A stretch of DNA of 64,000 nucleotides from Dendrobates tinctorius (lineage: Eukaryota): positions 7,006,001 through 7,070,000 of the forward strand of contig NW_027361763.1 in the NCBI RefSeq assembly GCF_039654945.1, read 5' to 3'. Shown one piece after another: positions 1-13,924 of the stretch. Position numbers and translations under genes: made by a program. Below the pieces are notes generated by a model, which ran no database searches, was not told the DNA's origin, and saw only the letters and a program-made list of their open reading frames with translations. Position 1 is the first letter of the stretch. Every line of letters starts with the position of its first letter.

Positions 1-91
1 ACGCAGCAGTTGTATGCTTTTGTATGCGTTTTTCAATGCGTTTTTTTGCGGGAAAAACGCGCTGCAAAAAAAAGCAAGTGTGAAACAGGCC
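1..91. mobile_element. Right end of a PIF/Harbinger-type MITE (runs off the window start)
   Basis: Ends GTGTGAAACAGGCC followed by TTA (92-94), the same GGCC...TCACAC terminus and TWA target as the complete Harbinger elements in this window. Confidence 0.5.
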
Positions 92-414
92 TTACTCCAA
101 TTCAGTATTCTTGCATAAAGTACTTCAAACACACTATTACCTCAAGCTTAAGGCATCTCTTACGATTAGCAGTACCCTTCTCTCTCAACACACAAAAGTC
201 ATCTGGAGGCTTTCTCTTCATATTTTTTTTTACCAGTCCTAGTGCTTATGCACCAAGTTGGCAGACAGCCATGAACCACACATCTTTGGTCCACAAGCAC
301 GTGACCTGAGCCACAAGTTGGGAACCCGTGACTTACAGTGAAGCTCGCCAACCAGGCCCACTCTTCCAATAATTTCTTTATGACAAGACATGGTAATAGC
401 TAATTAATACGTCC

Positions 415-760
415 GATTTTTTTTGTATACGAGAAAATCAGACCTATTATTTGGAACAGACTCTGATCTGTATTTCCGTTGAGTTTGATCAGAGTGCGGT
501 ACAAGTGTCAACTGATTTTCAAGTATGTGGAAAATACCTTCTCCTTTCTGAGAGCTTGTGAAAATCGGACCACAGTCAGATGATATTCCAGTACGGTCCG
601 ATATTTTCACTGACCCATTGACTTTCATAGTCGATTTTGAACAAAATTGGACATGTCGCGGAATTGTTGTTCTTTCGGTCCGAGGAAAAAGTCGGACATG
701 TGAATGGCCCAATAGTCTATCACAGGTGTTGAGAAAATCAGACATCTGAATGAAGCTATC
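415..760. mobile_element. Degenerate MITE, same family as 52832-53270
   Basis: Shares GAGTTTGATCAGAGT, GTGAAAATCGGAC, CATTGACTT and ACATGTG(A/C)ATGGCCC blocks in the same order as 52832-53270. Ends approximate. Confidence 0.45.
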
Positions 761-2116
761 AGGTTCTAGTGTAAAAATAAACTTTGCTGTACAAGCTCTT
801 TTTCTAAATACCATGGGAAACATGGCTTTGCTTGTGACAGTCCACCACAAGGAAAATACCCGTTTTTCGAACTGTATCCATATCACCAATATTGTTGGCC
901 TGGATGATCCAAGAAATGGTCACAATTTCTTAGTGCCTTGCCATTTAATGTATTGTGCCGCATACTGTATCTGGTATGGTTATGCTTCCATAAAATATTT
1001 TACTGGTGGCTTATTAGACTCCCCAGGATCACCGCTGTTTTAACAGACTGCATTGAATTTCGGTATGGCAATAAGGTCTAATTTCCCCTGAAGATTAGCC
1101 ATTAGCCATTCTCCGGCTTTGAAGCTATTTTGTTTTTGTTTTTTTGGTATGAAAACTCTAGTTAGGCATTAACAAAAAAGCAAATACCATGCGAGAATCC
1201 AGTGCAGTTTCATTAGCAATTCTTCAATGCTTCATTACAAGTAAATGTCACCGGCTCGCACCGTTACATTTCACCATCAATGGAAATTGTGTTACTTAGA
1301 GGACTTGTAAGAGGTAATATATTTTTTAATAATTTACAAGGGCAGCAAAAAAGACAAGGGCGACAACAATTCCTTTATTTAACCTCAATTTTGCTTCATT
1401 TCCAAGGTGAAGAATTGAGAGCGTTGAAAATGGACTCCTATTTCCATTATTTTGAGTAAATTAGATGAGTTGCCGTATTGTTTCCCATCTGTGATCTCTT
1501 TATTTTCAGAGACGCTCTTATCCATTCTGACCATGATTACTTGAAAACAATAATAAGATGGCTTTGGACGATGGGAGAGACTATAATTGGTAAAGGAGCT
1601 AATTCATTTTTGTGACATTTTGAGCGGTAGGCAAAGAAAAGAGAATTATCGACAACATGAGCACGCAACAAAGTGGGTATATGTGCCCTTCTTCATTGAA
1701 TGAGTGGACAATTTGACCCATGACATCAGTATTTGGCTGCATGCTGGATAACATATGGAAAACATGAGTCTAAATATAAAAAAAGCAAAAAAAAAAAAAA
1801 AAATCCAATCAATAGCCTCATGGTGCTGGGATTTGGTTTAATGGCAAAGTGTTGACAAATCGCTGCTTGTTGGGATGCTCTTGGATATGCCAACTCTTTT
1901 AAGAGCACGAGAGGTCTTCGTTTTTTTATGGGAGCCTACCAAATATTTCAGGAGAGTATACACAAGTTATGTTTCTTAGGTAATAGATAAGGAAGCACTC
2001 TCATCAAAGTTTTTACCATCTTAGTATATGGGAGTCGTCATATCATATAGCACTGTGTACTGTAGGGATTCCCTCTCTCTGGTAGGCATTAGGCCTTAGG
2101 AAGCATTCACACAGGC

Positions 2117-4890
2117 AATAATAATAATACATTTTATTTCTATAGTGCTGACATATTCCGCAGCACTTTACATTTCAGAGGGGACTTGTACAGACAATAG
2201 ACATTACAGCATAACAATAATCACATAGATCATAACAGATGCCAAGAGGAATGAGGGCCCTGCTTGCAAGCTTACAGTCTATGAGGAAAGAGGGAGACAC
2301 GAAAGGTGGGTGGTAACAGTTGCCCTGATTGTATGGACCAGCCATAATGTTAAGTGTGTAACAGTACGGATGCAGAGGGCTAATGGATGCATAAAGCATG
2401 TGGGAACATGATGCGGGGAACCTGGTTATGGTAAAAAACTTTTGGCTGTGCCACACAGGGATAGATTAGGTTAATATGTTGAGGCGATAGGCCAGTCTGA
2501 ATAAATGCGTTTTCAGGGCACGCTTAAAGTTGTGGGGATTGGGGACTAATCGTATTGACCTGGGAAGTGCATTCCAAAGAATTGGCGCAGCACATGTATA
2601 GTCTTGAAGACGGGAGTGGGAGGTTCTGATTATTGAGGATGCTAACCTCAGGTCATCAGCAGAACGGAGGGCGCGGGTAGGGTGGTATACTGAAACAAGG
2701 GAGGAGATGTAGGGTGGTGCTGAGCCATGGAGGGCTTTGTGGGTGAGGGTAATAAGTTTGTACTGGATTCTGGAGTGGATGGGTAGCCAGTGTAATGACT
2801 GGCACAAGGTAGAGGCATTGGTGTAACGATTGGCGAGGAATATGATCCTGGCAGCTGCATTCAAGACAGATTGGAGGGGGGAGAGTTTGGTAAGAGGGAG
2901 ACCAATTAGAAGGGAGTTATAATAGTCAAGACGAGAATGAATAAGAGAAACAGTAAGAGTTTTTGCAGAGTCAAAAGTAAGAAAAGGTCGAATTCTAGAA
3001 ATGTTTTTGAGGTGCAGATAACAAGAGCGAGCCAGTGATCGGATGTGGGGGACAAAGGAAAGCTCAGAGTCAAGTATGACCCCAAGACAGCGGGCATGTT
3101 GCTGGGGAGTAATAGTAGAACCACACACGGAAATGGCAATGTCGGGCATAGGTACATTAGTAGCGGGAGGAAACACAAGGAGTTCAGTCTTTGACAGGTT
3201 CAGTTTCAGATATAGTGAGGACATGATGTTAGACACAGCATTTAGACAATTGCCGGTGTTTTCTAGAAAGGCTGACGTGATGTCAGGAGAAGAAGCGTAT
3301 AATTGGGTGTCGTCAGCATAGAGATGGTACTGGAAACCAAATCTACTGATTGTTTGACCAATAGGGGCAGTATTCAAAGAGAAGAGGAGGGGGCCTAGGA
3401 CTGATCCTTGAGGAACCCCAACAGTAAGGGGAAGATGAGAGGAGGAAGAGCCAGCAAAAGATACAGTAAAGGAGCGGTCAGAGAGATAGGAGGAGAACCA
3501 GGAGAGAACGGTGTCATTGAGGCAAATGGAACGGAGCATAGTGAGGAGGAGCTGATGATCCACAGTGTCGAATGCTGCAGAGAGATCCAAGAGAATTAGC
3601 ATGGAGTAATGACCATTTGATTTAGCTGTTAGTAGATCATTAGAGACTTTAGTGAGGGCAGTTTCAGTAGAATGTAAAGAACGGAAACCGGATTGGAGAG
3701 GGTCGAGAAGAGAGTTTTCAGAGAGATAGCGGATAAGACGCGAGTGGACCAGGCGTTCCAGGAGTTTAGAAATGAAGGGAAGATTAGAAACAGGTCTATA
3801 GTTAGCGGCACAGTTTTGGTCGAGGGATGTTTTTTTAAGTAGTGGATGTATGACGGCATGCTTAAATGAGGAGGGAAAGATACCAGAAGAGAGAGAAAGG
3901 TTAAATATTTTAGTTAGGTGAGGGGTGACAGCAGGGCAAAGGGTCTGGAGTAGATGTGACGGAAATGGGTCACCGGTGCAAGTGGTTGGGCGAGAAGATG
4001 CAAGGAGCCTGCTTACTTCTTCTTCTGTGACTGGTTCAAAATCAGAGAGTGAGCTAGATGCAGTGGGGGAGGGAGGACAGTGCATGGTATGAGGTGATTG
4101 GGAGATAATTTCCTGTCAGATCTGGTCAATTTTTTCTTTGAAGTAATTGGACAGATTGTCAGCTCGAAGCTCCGTGGTAGGGGCCTGCACTCTTGGGTTG
4201 ATTAGAGAATGATAAGTGTCAAAGAGACGTTTAGGGTTATTGAACAGTGAGGTGATGAGGGTGTTGAAATAGGTTTGTTTGGAGAGGTAGAGGGCAGTGT
4301 TGTATGTTCGAAGCATAAACTTATAGTGGATGAAATCTTCGGGTAGGTTGGATTTTCTCCACAGACGTTCGGCGCACCTGGAGGACCGCTGCAGGAAACG
4401 TGTTTGCAGGGTGTGCCAGGGTTGTCGCCGTCTGTGTTGTGGTGTTCTATCTATAGGAGGAGCAAATTCATCCAGGGCACTTTGAAGTGTTTCCTTGTAA
4501 TGCTTCAATGCAGAATCAGGACATGAAAGGGAGAAGATAGGGGCCAATGAAGTGTGCAAGTTCTTCATAAGTTTCTGGGTGTTAATGGCCTGTATGTTTC
4601 TATAAATATGGGCAGTGGGGGTGACCTGAGCAGCCTGGCAGTTCTTGATAGAGAATGAAAGAAGGTTGTGGTCAGAGAGCGGGAGAGGGGAGTTTGCAAA
4701 ATCATCCACTGCACAAAGCGGAGAGAAGACCAAGTCGAGGGAGTTCCCGCCTTCATGCGTTGGAGAATTAGTAAGCTGCAAAAGGCCAAATGAGGAGGTT
4801 AGAGATAAAAGGTGAGTAGCAGATGGGGAGAGTGGAAGAGCAATGGGGATGTTGAAATCACCCATGATGAGGGTAGGGATGTCACAGGCA
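2117..4890 (-). mobile_element. L2-clade LINE, 5'-truncated
   Basis: The minus strand has the APE endonuclease end (LIMGDFNIP, PTHEGGNSLDLVF, LSDHNLL), a full RT domain, a 3' UTR and an L2-type 3' terminus TGTAAAGTGCTGCGGAATATG...AAATAAA-(TAT)n at ~2117-2172. Confidence 0.92.
2466..4890 (-). pseudogene. L2 ORF2 (endonuclease-reverse transcriptase), 5'-truncated, one in-frame stop
   Basis: Motifs [44 protein letters not shown] and YADD. ORFs 4116..5000 and 2466..4085 are in the same frame, separated by a TGA at 4116-4118. Confidence 0.9.
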
Positions 4891-6186
4891 ATGTAACACA
4901 ACAAAATCATAAGCATAAACCTTAGTCTTGTCCAGGCACTAACTAAAGAGAACAGACCCTGGCTACTCATACATGTCTGAGCTAGCGCCAACTCAGTCAA
5001 GCAAAACAGTTATTGTCCATAGAAACCGCTGATACTAGCAATTCTCTGCACATGGCCTGTGCATTTAGTCATAATGTCAGTGTAGGCCCACCCGAACAGA
5101 TTGCAGTCCTTTCTCAAGGAGCAGATTTCTTTCAAATATGAGGCACAATCTCACCAGGTGCAGTATTCCATTCAGCATGAACTCCAGCAACTTTCAGTTA
5201 CAGTTCACCTTTTGGCTGATAACTCACCAGAAGCACACTCATACTGCTTCATTCAGCAGACTTACGTCCTGGTTTTTAGGAAAACATTACAGGTAAACTG
5301 CAGAGCTGAAATTTAACCCATTCCCTCCAAGCTATGCTACATATCCCACCTTCTGCCCGAAGCCAAGTGCTGGGCACCATCTGCCAGTACACATAGATAG
5401 CAACACTGATTATTGGGTCCCAGCTTCTGGGGAATACCATTCACACATTTCACACATTTACAGCTTACACACAGAGCTCTGCCACCTACAGACTATATAT
5501 AATGCTGCTCTGCAGACACACAGTTTCACACACAATATACACTGCACTGCCAATGCTGACAAATCATATGGCTGCACTCATTGTACATAGTTTTACACAC
5601 TGCACACAGTCCTACACACTGCACTAATGGTGATCTGAGCTCAGTACACTACATCCTACTCTCTATCCAGTATATCAAGAGAAAATCCATCCTTCACATC
5701 AAGTGACCCAATCATTGCACATCGTGTGTACGTATATGACCGTACATCATGTTACCTTGTCACCACAGCCTACATCTGGTGGCATACTAGCCTACTGGGT
5801 GCTACCACTTCAGCACACAAGTACATAGCATGCAACAAGTCCTGAATCACTCCCACTTCATGGGACACAAAACCACCACATTCTGTAAGAATGTCAACCT
5901 GGGCAATGGAATATTTCTTGGCTTCAGAAGTGTGGCCTTTTCCAGGGTCACCAAACTCCTTCTGTCCTGTCAGTTAAACACCATTTCTCAGTCACCTGGC
6001 ACTCCTGAGGATAAATAGCAGCACTGCAGGCATGGAAGGCAAAGTAGGCATTGCGACGACCATTGCTGCAGTCCACCGGACCACGCATTGAGGACCCCAG
6101 TTATCCTCTACACAACTCCACTAAAAAAGATGGCTCCCAGTTCTCCCAAGCTGCAACAGCAATGCCATGATACCACAGCAATGTCA

Positions 6187-6690
6187 CCTTCCACCAAGAC
6201 AATGAGCCAAAGCATATTGCTAAAGAAACACATGAGTGGTTTAAGGAGAAATGTGTAAATGTTTTGGAGAGACCTTAATCCAGTGGTGAATCTGTGGTCA
6301 GACTTGAAGATCGCTGTTCACCAGAGGAAACCATCTAACCTGAAGGAGCTGGGGCAGTTTTTCCTTGAGGAATGGGTAAAAATCCCAGTGGCAAGATGTG
6401 GAAAGCTCACAGAGACTTATCCAAAGTATCTGTAAGTGCGGCAAAAGGAGGCTCTACAAAATACTGACTTTAGGGGAGGGGGTGAATGTCTATGCATACT
6501 GATGTTTCCAGTTATTTTGTCCTATTTGTTGCTTGCTTCACATTAAAAAGAAAACCAAATGTTCACATTTGTCGACATGTTCTTAACATGAACTGATGCA
6601 AAACCCTCAAAAAGAACATTGAAATTCCAGGTTGTGAGGTCGAAAAGCACAAAAAAATACCAAGGGGGAGAATACTTTCACAACCCACTG
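6187..6690 (+). mobile_element. Tc1 transposon 3' fragment with right TIR
   Basis: Translates to HQDNEPKHIAKETHEWF...NLWSDLKIAVHQRKPSNLKEL...EEWVKIP. Ends CACTG followed by TA (6691-6692). Confidence 0.85.
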
Positions 6691-8049
6691 TACATGGTTG
6701 AGCTAGTGCCAGCTCCGTGAAACAATTCAGTTATTTTCATAGCAACCCCTAATACTTGCAGTTCTCTGCACGCAGAATTACATTAACATGTAAGAAACAG
6801 AAGAAAAAGAAATCAATATGAGATCCCTTTAAAAACAATACTGTATCTGAATTTGATTCTGAAGCCAATGGTTACCATGGAAACTAGAATCTTGGGAAAG
6901 GACTCAGGAAGTTGCTCTTCCATAACAACGTATGCTCTCCACCAGTTGCTGGTCACATGACTGGTGCCGGAACGTTACTTTTTTGACAGTGCTCTATGAG
7001 ATGAAGGTTTGTTTATTAAAAGCAAACACTAAGAGAGGTGCAACCAAACCAAATCTGATTTTATGTATTTTTTTTTTATTAACAAGCATTTGCAGCTCCA
7101 GACCGGATATGACTGCTAAATTATGACCGGCTTCATTAAAGATTCTTTTTCCATAGAAGCATCTGATCTTGCAGATTTGTGGACTTGTAATTTCCGTACC
7201 TTCATGAAACGTTTTTTTATATGAAAGCACAGATGTTTCTTGCATCTAATGAAAAGTTTTCTTCTTATTTTTAATGATAAAAGTTACAGATTAGACCACC
7301 TGGACGTTTTATCACAAATTCACAAATTAAACAGAATCTTTCCGCAGGTTTTTGCGATGTAATCGGAAGACTGCAGGAGATAGAGCCTGAAACACAGAAT
7401 TCAGGGATGTGCCACTTGTTAACCCCTTCACCCCCAAGGGTGGTTTGCACGATCATGACCGGGCCAATTTTTACAATTCTGACCACTGTACCTTTATGAG
7501 GTCATAACTCTGGAACGCTTCCATGGATCCTGGTGATTCTGACATTGTTTTCTCGTGACATATTGTACTTCATGCTAGTGGTAAAATTTCATTCAAATAA
7601 CTTGCGTTTATTTGTGAGAAAAACGGAAATTTGGCGATTTTCCAACTTTGAATTTTTATGCCGTTAAATCACAGAGATACGGCACACAAAAAACTTGATA
7701 ACTAACATTTCCCACATGTTTACTTTACATCAGCACAATTTTGGAACCAAAATTTTTTTTTGTTAGGAAGTTATAAGGGTTAAAAGTTGACCAGCGATTT
7801 CTCATTTTTACAACACCATTTTATTTTTACGGACCACATCACATTTGAAGCCACTTTGCGGGGTCTATATGATAGAAAATACCCAAAAGTGACATCATTC
7901 TAAAAACTGCACCCCTTAAGGTGTTCAAAACCACATTCAATAAGTTTATTAACCCTTTAGGTGCGTCACAGGAATTTTTTTGAATATTTAAAAAAAAATG
8001 AACATCTAACTTTTTTTCACAAACAAAATACTTCAGGTTCAATTTTTTT

Positions 8050-11000
8050 TTTTTACCAAGGGTAACAGGAGAAATTGGACTGCAAAAGTTATTGTGCAAT
8101 TTGTCCTGAGTACGCTGATACCTGATATGTGGGGGGGAACGACTGTTTCGGCGCATGGCAGAGCTCAGAATGGAAGGAGCGCCGTTTGACTTTTTCAATG
8201 CAAAATTGGCTGGAATTCAGATCGGACCCCATGTCACATTTGGAGAGTCCCTGATGTACCTAAATAGTGCAAACCCCCTACAAGTGACCCCATTTTGGAA
8301 AATAGACCCCCCAAGGAACTTATCTAGATATGTGGTGAGAACTTTGAACCCACAAGGGCTTTACAGAAGTTTCTAACGTACAGCGGTACAATTAAAAAAT
8401 CATTTTTTCCACAAAAATGATCTTTTCACACCAATTTTTATTTTCCCAAGGGTAACCGGACCCTAAAAGTTATTGTGCAATTTGTCCTGAGTACACTGAT
8501 AGCCCACATGTGGGGGTAAACCACTATTTGGGCGCATGGCAGAGCTCGGAAGGGAAGCAGCGCCATTTGACGTTTTTGGCTGGAATTGAGATCGGACATC
8601 ATGTCGCGATTGGAAAACCCCTGATGTACCAAAACAGTGGAAACCCCCCACAAATGACACCATTTTGGAAACTAGACCCCCTAAGGAACTTATCTAGATG
8701 TGTGGTGAGAACTTTGAACCCCCAAGGGCTTCACAGAAGTTTATAACATACAGCCGTACAATTAAAAAATCATATTTTTTCCACAAAAATGAACTATTCA
8801 CCCTCAATTCTTATTTTTCCAAGGGTAACAGGACCCTAAAAGTTATTGTGCAATTTGTCCTGAGTACGCTGATACCCCACATGTGGGAGTAAACCGCTAT
8901 TTGGGCGCATGGCAGAGCTCGGAAGGGAAGCAGCGCCATTTGACGTTTTTGGCTGGAATTGAGATCGGACACCATGTCGCGATTGGAAAACCCCTGATGT
9001 ACCAAAACAGTGGAAACCCCCCACAAATGACACCATTTTGGAAACTAGACCCCCTAAAGAACTTATCTAGATGTGTGGTGAGAACTTTGAACCCCCAAGG
9101 GCTTCACAGAAGTTTATAACGCCCGGGCGTGAAAATAAAAAATTCGTTTTTTTTCCACAAACATGATCTTTTATTCACCATTTTTTTTATTTTCCCAAGG
9201 GTACCAGGAGAAATTGGACCCCAAATGTTATTGTCCAATTTGTCCTGAGTATGCTGATACCCCATATGTGGGAGAAAACTACTGTATGGGCACACGACGG
9301 GGCTCGGAAGGAAAGTAGTGACGTTTTGGAATGCAGACTTTGATGGAATGATCTGCGGGTGTCATGTTGCCTTTGGAGAGCCCCTAATGTACCTAAACAG
9401 TGGAAACCCCCCCAAATGACCCCATTTTGAAAACTAGACCCCCTAAGGAACTTATCTAGATGTGAGGTGAACACTTTGGACCCCCAAGGGCTTCACAGAA
9501 GTTTATAATGCCAGGGCATGAAAATAAAAAAATCGTATTTTTTCCACAAGCATGATCAATTAGTCCCCAATTTTTTTATTTTCCCAAGGGTAACAGGAGA
9601 AATTGAACCCCAATAGTTGTGGTCCAATTTGTCCTGAGTACGCTGACACCCCATATGTGGGAGAAAACTACTGTATGAACACACGTCAGGGCTCGGAAGG
9701 GAAGCAGTGACGTTTTGGAATGCAGACTTTGATGGAATGGTCTGCGGGTGTCATGTTGCCTTTGGAGAGCCCCTAATGTACCTAAACAGTGGAAACCCAC
9801 ACAAATGACCCCATTTTGGAAACTAGACCCCCTAAGGAACTTATCTAGATGTGAGGTGAACACTTTGGACCCCCAAGGGCTTCACAGAAGTTTATAATGC
9901 CAGGGCATGAAAATAAAAAAATCGTATTTTTTCCACAAGCATGATCAATTAGTCCCCAATTTTTTTATTTTCCCAAGGGTAACAGGAGAAATTGAACCCC
10001 AAAAGTTGTTGTCCAATTTGTCCTGAGTATGCTGATACCCCATATGTGGGAGAAAACTACTGTATGGGCACACGTCGGGGCTCGGAAGGGAAGTAGTGAC
10101 GTTTTGGAATGCAGACTTTGATGGAATGGTCTGCAGGTGTCATGTTGCCTTTGGAGAGCCCCTAATGTACCTAAACAGTGGAAACCCCCCACAAATGACC
10201 CCATTTTGAAAATTAGACCCCCTAAGGAACTTAGCTAGATGTGAGGTGAACACTTTGAACCCCCAAGGGCTTCACAGAAGTTTATAATGCCAGGGCATAA
10301 AAATAAAAAAATCGTATTTTTTCCACAAACATGATCAATTAGTCCCCAATTTTTTTATTTTCCCAAGGGTAACAGGAGAAATTGAACCCCAATAGTTGTG
10401 GTCCAATTTGTCCTGAGTACGCTGACACCCCATATGTGGGAGAAAACTACTGTATGGACACACGTCAGGGCTCGGAAGGGAAGCAGTGACGTTTTGGAAT
10501 GCAGACTTTGATGGAATGGTCTGCGGGTGTCATGTTGCCTTTGGAGAGCCCCTAATGTACCTAAACAGTGGAAACCCGCACAAATGACCCCATTTTGGAA
10601 ACTAGACCCCCTAAGGAACTTATCTAGATGTGTAGTGAGCACTTTGAACTCCCAAGGGCTTCACAGAAGTTTATAATGCCCGGGCATGAAAATAAAAAAA
10701 TCGTATTTTTTCCACAAACATGATCAATTAGTCCCCAATTTTTTTATTTTCCCAAGGGCAACAGGAGAAATTGAACCCCAAAAGTTGTTGTCCAATTTGT
10801 CCTGAGTACGCTGACGCCCCATATGTGGGAGAAAACTACTGTATGGACACACGTCGGGGCTCGGAAGGGAAGTAGTGACGTTTTGGAATGCAGACTTTGA
10901 GGGAATGTTCTGCGGGTGTCATCTTGCCTTTGGAGAGCCCCTAATGTACCTAAACAGTGGAAACCCCCCACAAATGACCCCATTTTGGAAACTAGACCCC

Positions 11001-11760
11001 CTAAAGAACTTATCTAGATGTGTGGTGAGCACTTTGAACCCCCAAGGGCTTCACAGAAGTTTATAATGCCAGGGCATGAAAATAAAAAAATCGTATTTTT
11101 TCCACAAACATGATCAATTAGTCCCCAATTTTTTCATTTTCCCAAGGGTAACAGGAGAAATTGGACCCCAAAAGTTGTTGTCCAATTTGTCCTGAGTACG
11201 CTAACACCCCATATGTGGGAGAAAACTACTGTATGGACACACGTGGGGGCTCGGAAGGGAAGTAGTGACGTTTTGGAATGTAGACTTTGATGGAATGGTC
11301 TGCGGGTGTCATGTGCGTTTGGAGAGCCCCTGATGTACCTAAACTATTGAAACTCCCCACAAGTGACCCCATTTTGGACACTAGACCCCCCACGGAACTT
11401 ATCTAGATGTGTGGTGAGCACTTTGAACCCCCAAGTGCTTCACAGAAGTTTATAACGCTCGGACGTGAAAATAAAAAAAACATTTTTTTCCACAAAAATG
11501 ATATTTTTGCCCCCAATTTTTTATTTTCCTAAGGGTAACAGGAGAAATTGGACCCCAAAAATTGTTTTGCAATTTGTCCTGAGTAGGCTGATACCCTACA
11601 TGTGGGGTTAAAACACTGTTTGGGCGCATGGCAGAGCTTGGAAGGGAAGGAGCACCATTTGATTTTTTCAACTCAGAATTGGCTGGAATTGAGATCAGAT
11701 GCCATGTTGCATTTGGAGAGCCCCTGATGTGCCCAAACAGTGGAAAGCCCCAATTCTAAT
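8050..11760. repeat. Tandem array inside the piggyBac, ~10 copies of a 373-390-bp unit in two subtypes
   Basis: Recurring TTTTCCCAAGGGTAAC...AATTTGTCCTGAGTACGCTGA. Repeated ORF ends at 8438/8811 (373 apart) and 9187/9576/9965/10355/10744 (389-390 apart). Confidence 0.95.
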
Positions 11761-11782
11761 TCCAACCCGAATCCCAACACAC

Positions 11783-11919
11783 CCCTAACCCTAAGCTCAG
11801 CCCTAATCCTAACCCTAACCCTAGCCCTAACTCTAGCCCTAACCCTACCCTAGCCCTAACCCTAGCCCTAACCCTAACCCTAGCCCTGGACCTAACCCTA
11901 GCCCTAACCCTAACCCTAA
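11783..11919 (+). repeat. Telomere-like (CCCTAA/CCCTAG)n tract inside the piggyBac
   Basis: About 22 hexamers of CCCTAA interspersed with CCCTAG variants. Confidence 0.9.
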
Positions 11920-13353
11920 TGCAAAAATGGAAATAAATACATTTTTTTAGTTTTATTATTTTTCCCTAACTAAGGGGGTCATAACTGGGGGTTTGATTTA
12001 CTATTTATGGCGGTTTTTATTTTTGGCGGCTGTCGCACGCTAAAAGACGCTTTTTATTGTAAAAATAGTTTTTGCATCACCACATATTGAGAGCTATAAT
12101 TTTTCCGTATTTTAACCCACCGAGTCATGTGAGGTCTTATTTTTTGCGGGACTTGTTGACGTTTTTATTGGTACCATTTTCGGGCACGTGACATTTTTTG
12201 ATCGCTTTTTATTCTGATTTTTGGGACGCAGAATGAGCAAAAACCAGCGTTTCATGAATTTCTTTTGGGGGGGTGCGTTTACACCGTTCCGCGTGCGGTA
12301 AAATTGATAAAGCGTTTTTATTCTTCGGGTCAGTACGGTTACAGCGATTCCTCATTTAGGTCGTTTTTTTATGTTTTGTCGGTTTTTTGCAATGAAAACT
12401 ATTTTATATAAAAAATAATTATTTTTGCATCGCTTTATTCTGCGAGCTATAACTTTTTTATTTTTTTGTTGATGATGCTGTATGGTGGCTCTTTTTTTGT
12501 GAGATAAGATGATGTTTTCAGCGGTACCATGGATATTTATATGCGTCTTTTTGATCGCGCGTTATTACACTTTATGTTCGGCAATATGATAATAATTCAT
12601 TATTTTTGTATTCGTTTTTTATTTTTATTTTTTAAGGGGTTCGCTAAAGGGGTTAACTAATGGGACAGTTTTATAGGGCGGGTCGTTATGGATGCGGCGA
12701 TACCTAATATGTGTACTTTTATTGTTTTTTTTTTTTTATTTCCAAAAAATGGATTTATTGGGGGAATATTTTTTTTTTTTTTCTAATTTATTTGGCGATT
12801 TTTTTTTTTTAATTATTTTAACACTTTATTTTCTTTTTTTTTTTTACTTTATTACATAGTTCCAGGTGGGACATCACTGTCCCGTGACAGATCGCTGATC
12901 ACTGTCACGGGATCAGCGATCACTGTGACAGATCAGCGATCTGTCACAGGCAGTGCAGAAGGCTTCCTCATGCCTGCGCTTTGCAGGCACTGAGGAAGCC
13001 AGCTTCCTGCAGGCCCCCGAAGGCCCCCGTCGCCATCTTGGATTCGGGGGCCTGCAGGAAAGGAGCCCCCCCCCGCAGCAGCGCTGCACATTGGGCTGCC
13101 GTGGGGGGCTCAGGGAAGTACGGAGGGAGCCCCCTCCCTGCCGATGCTTCCCTTTGACCCCCGGTACACCGCGATCATGTTTGGGGTTAACGTGTTGGGG
13201 GCGGTCCGTGATAATCAGCTGACACCCGGCCGCGATCAGCAGTGCTCACCATGTGGGCGCCGCTGATCGCGGTAGACGTACTATCCCGTCCATGGGCATA
13301 GGGGCCCGGGTCCCATGGACGGGATAGTACGTCGGATGTCAGGAAGTGGTTAA

Positions 13354-13664
13354 AGTGCGGGCTGTTGTTTAGCAACTGGTAAGGATTTATCTCTTTGAAA
13401 TTAACATAGCTGGACTACACTAGCCCGGCAACACCTCCTCTTCCTGAGATAAGCAGCTCACTGTCTATGGACTTTTTACATACAGAGTCTGGTGTGGGCG
13501 AGGTTAGCTTTCTCAGCTCTGTTGCATTGCTAAATCTAAAAGCTATGATTGTATCAGAACGGCTGCACCTAGTACACAAAGTCGTACACCATTGGATTCA
13601 GCTTCTCTTTGTCTATATTACACTGTGCCCAGATGAGGTATAAATAACCTGCTGACAGATTCCC
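13354..13664. mobile_element. Kolobok/T2-type MITE, right part (left part 7331-7418), split by the piggyBac
   Basis: The right end AACCTGCTGACAGATTCCC+TTAA is an imperfect inverse of the left end TTAA+ACAGAATCTTTCCGCAGGTT. Confidence 0.6.
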
Positions 13665-13802
13665 TTAAATGGAAAAGCTAAAAGGGTTTTAACAGACTTA
13701 ATTCATTGGATGTATCATTGTTGCATGATTGTTAGGGGTCTGAACCCCATCGATAGTAGACAGAAAGCTCAGTCTAACATTGACCTGATCACTTGAATGG
13801 GT

Positions 13803-13924
13803 AAAAGGAATGAAGGAAGGGAGAAAGGAAGGAAGGAAAAAAAGGGGGGAGAAGAAGGAAGGAAGAAAAGGGGGGAGGAAGAAAGAAGGGAAGGAATGGA
13901 AGGGAAGGAATGAAGGAAGAAAAG
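13803..13924 (+). repeat. Purine-rich (GGAA)n low-complexity tract
   Basis: Almost only G and A, in GGAA/GAAG units. Confidence 0.9.

Larger units (their letters stand above)
7423..13349. mobile_element. Non-autonomous piggyBac-type element (5.9 kb)
   Basis: TTAA TSD at 7419-7422 and 13350-13353; termini CCCCTTC...GAAGTGG; no transposase ORF; internal satellite. It splits an older MITE. Confidence 0.8.

Noticed and set aside
8050-11760. Repeated 63-95-aa ORFs
   Set aside because: Satellite translations without recognisable domains.
11783-11919. True telomere or chromosome fusion site
   Set aside because: Short, degenerate, single orientation and internal to a transposon.
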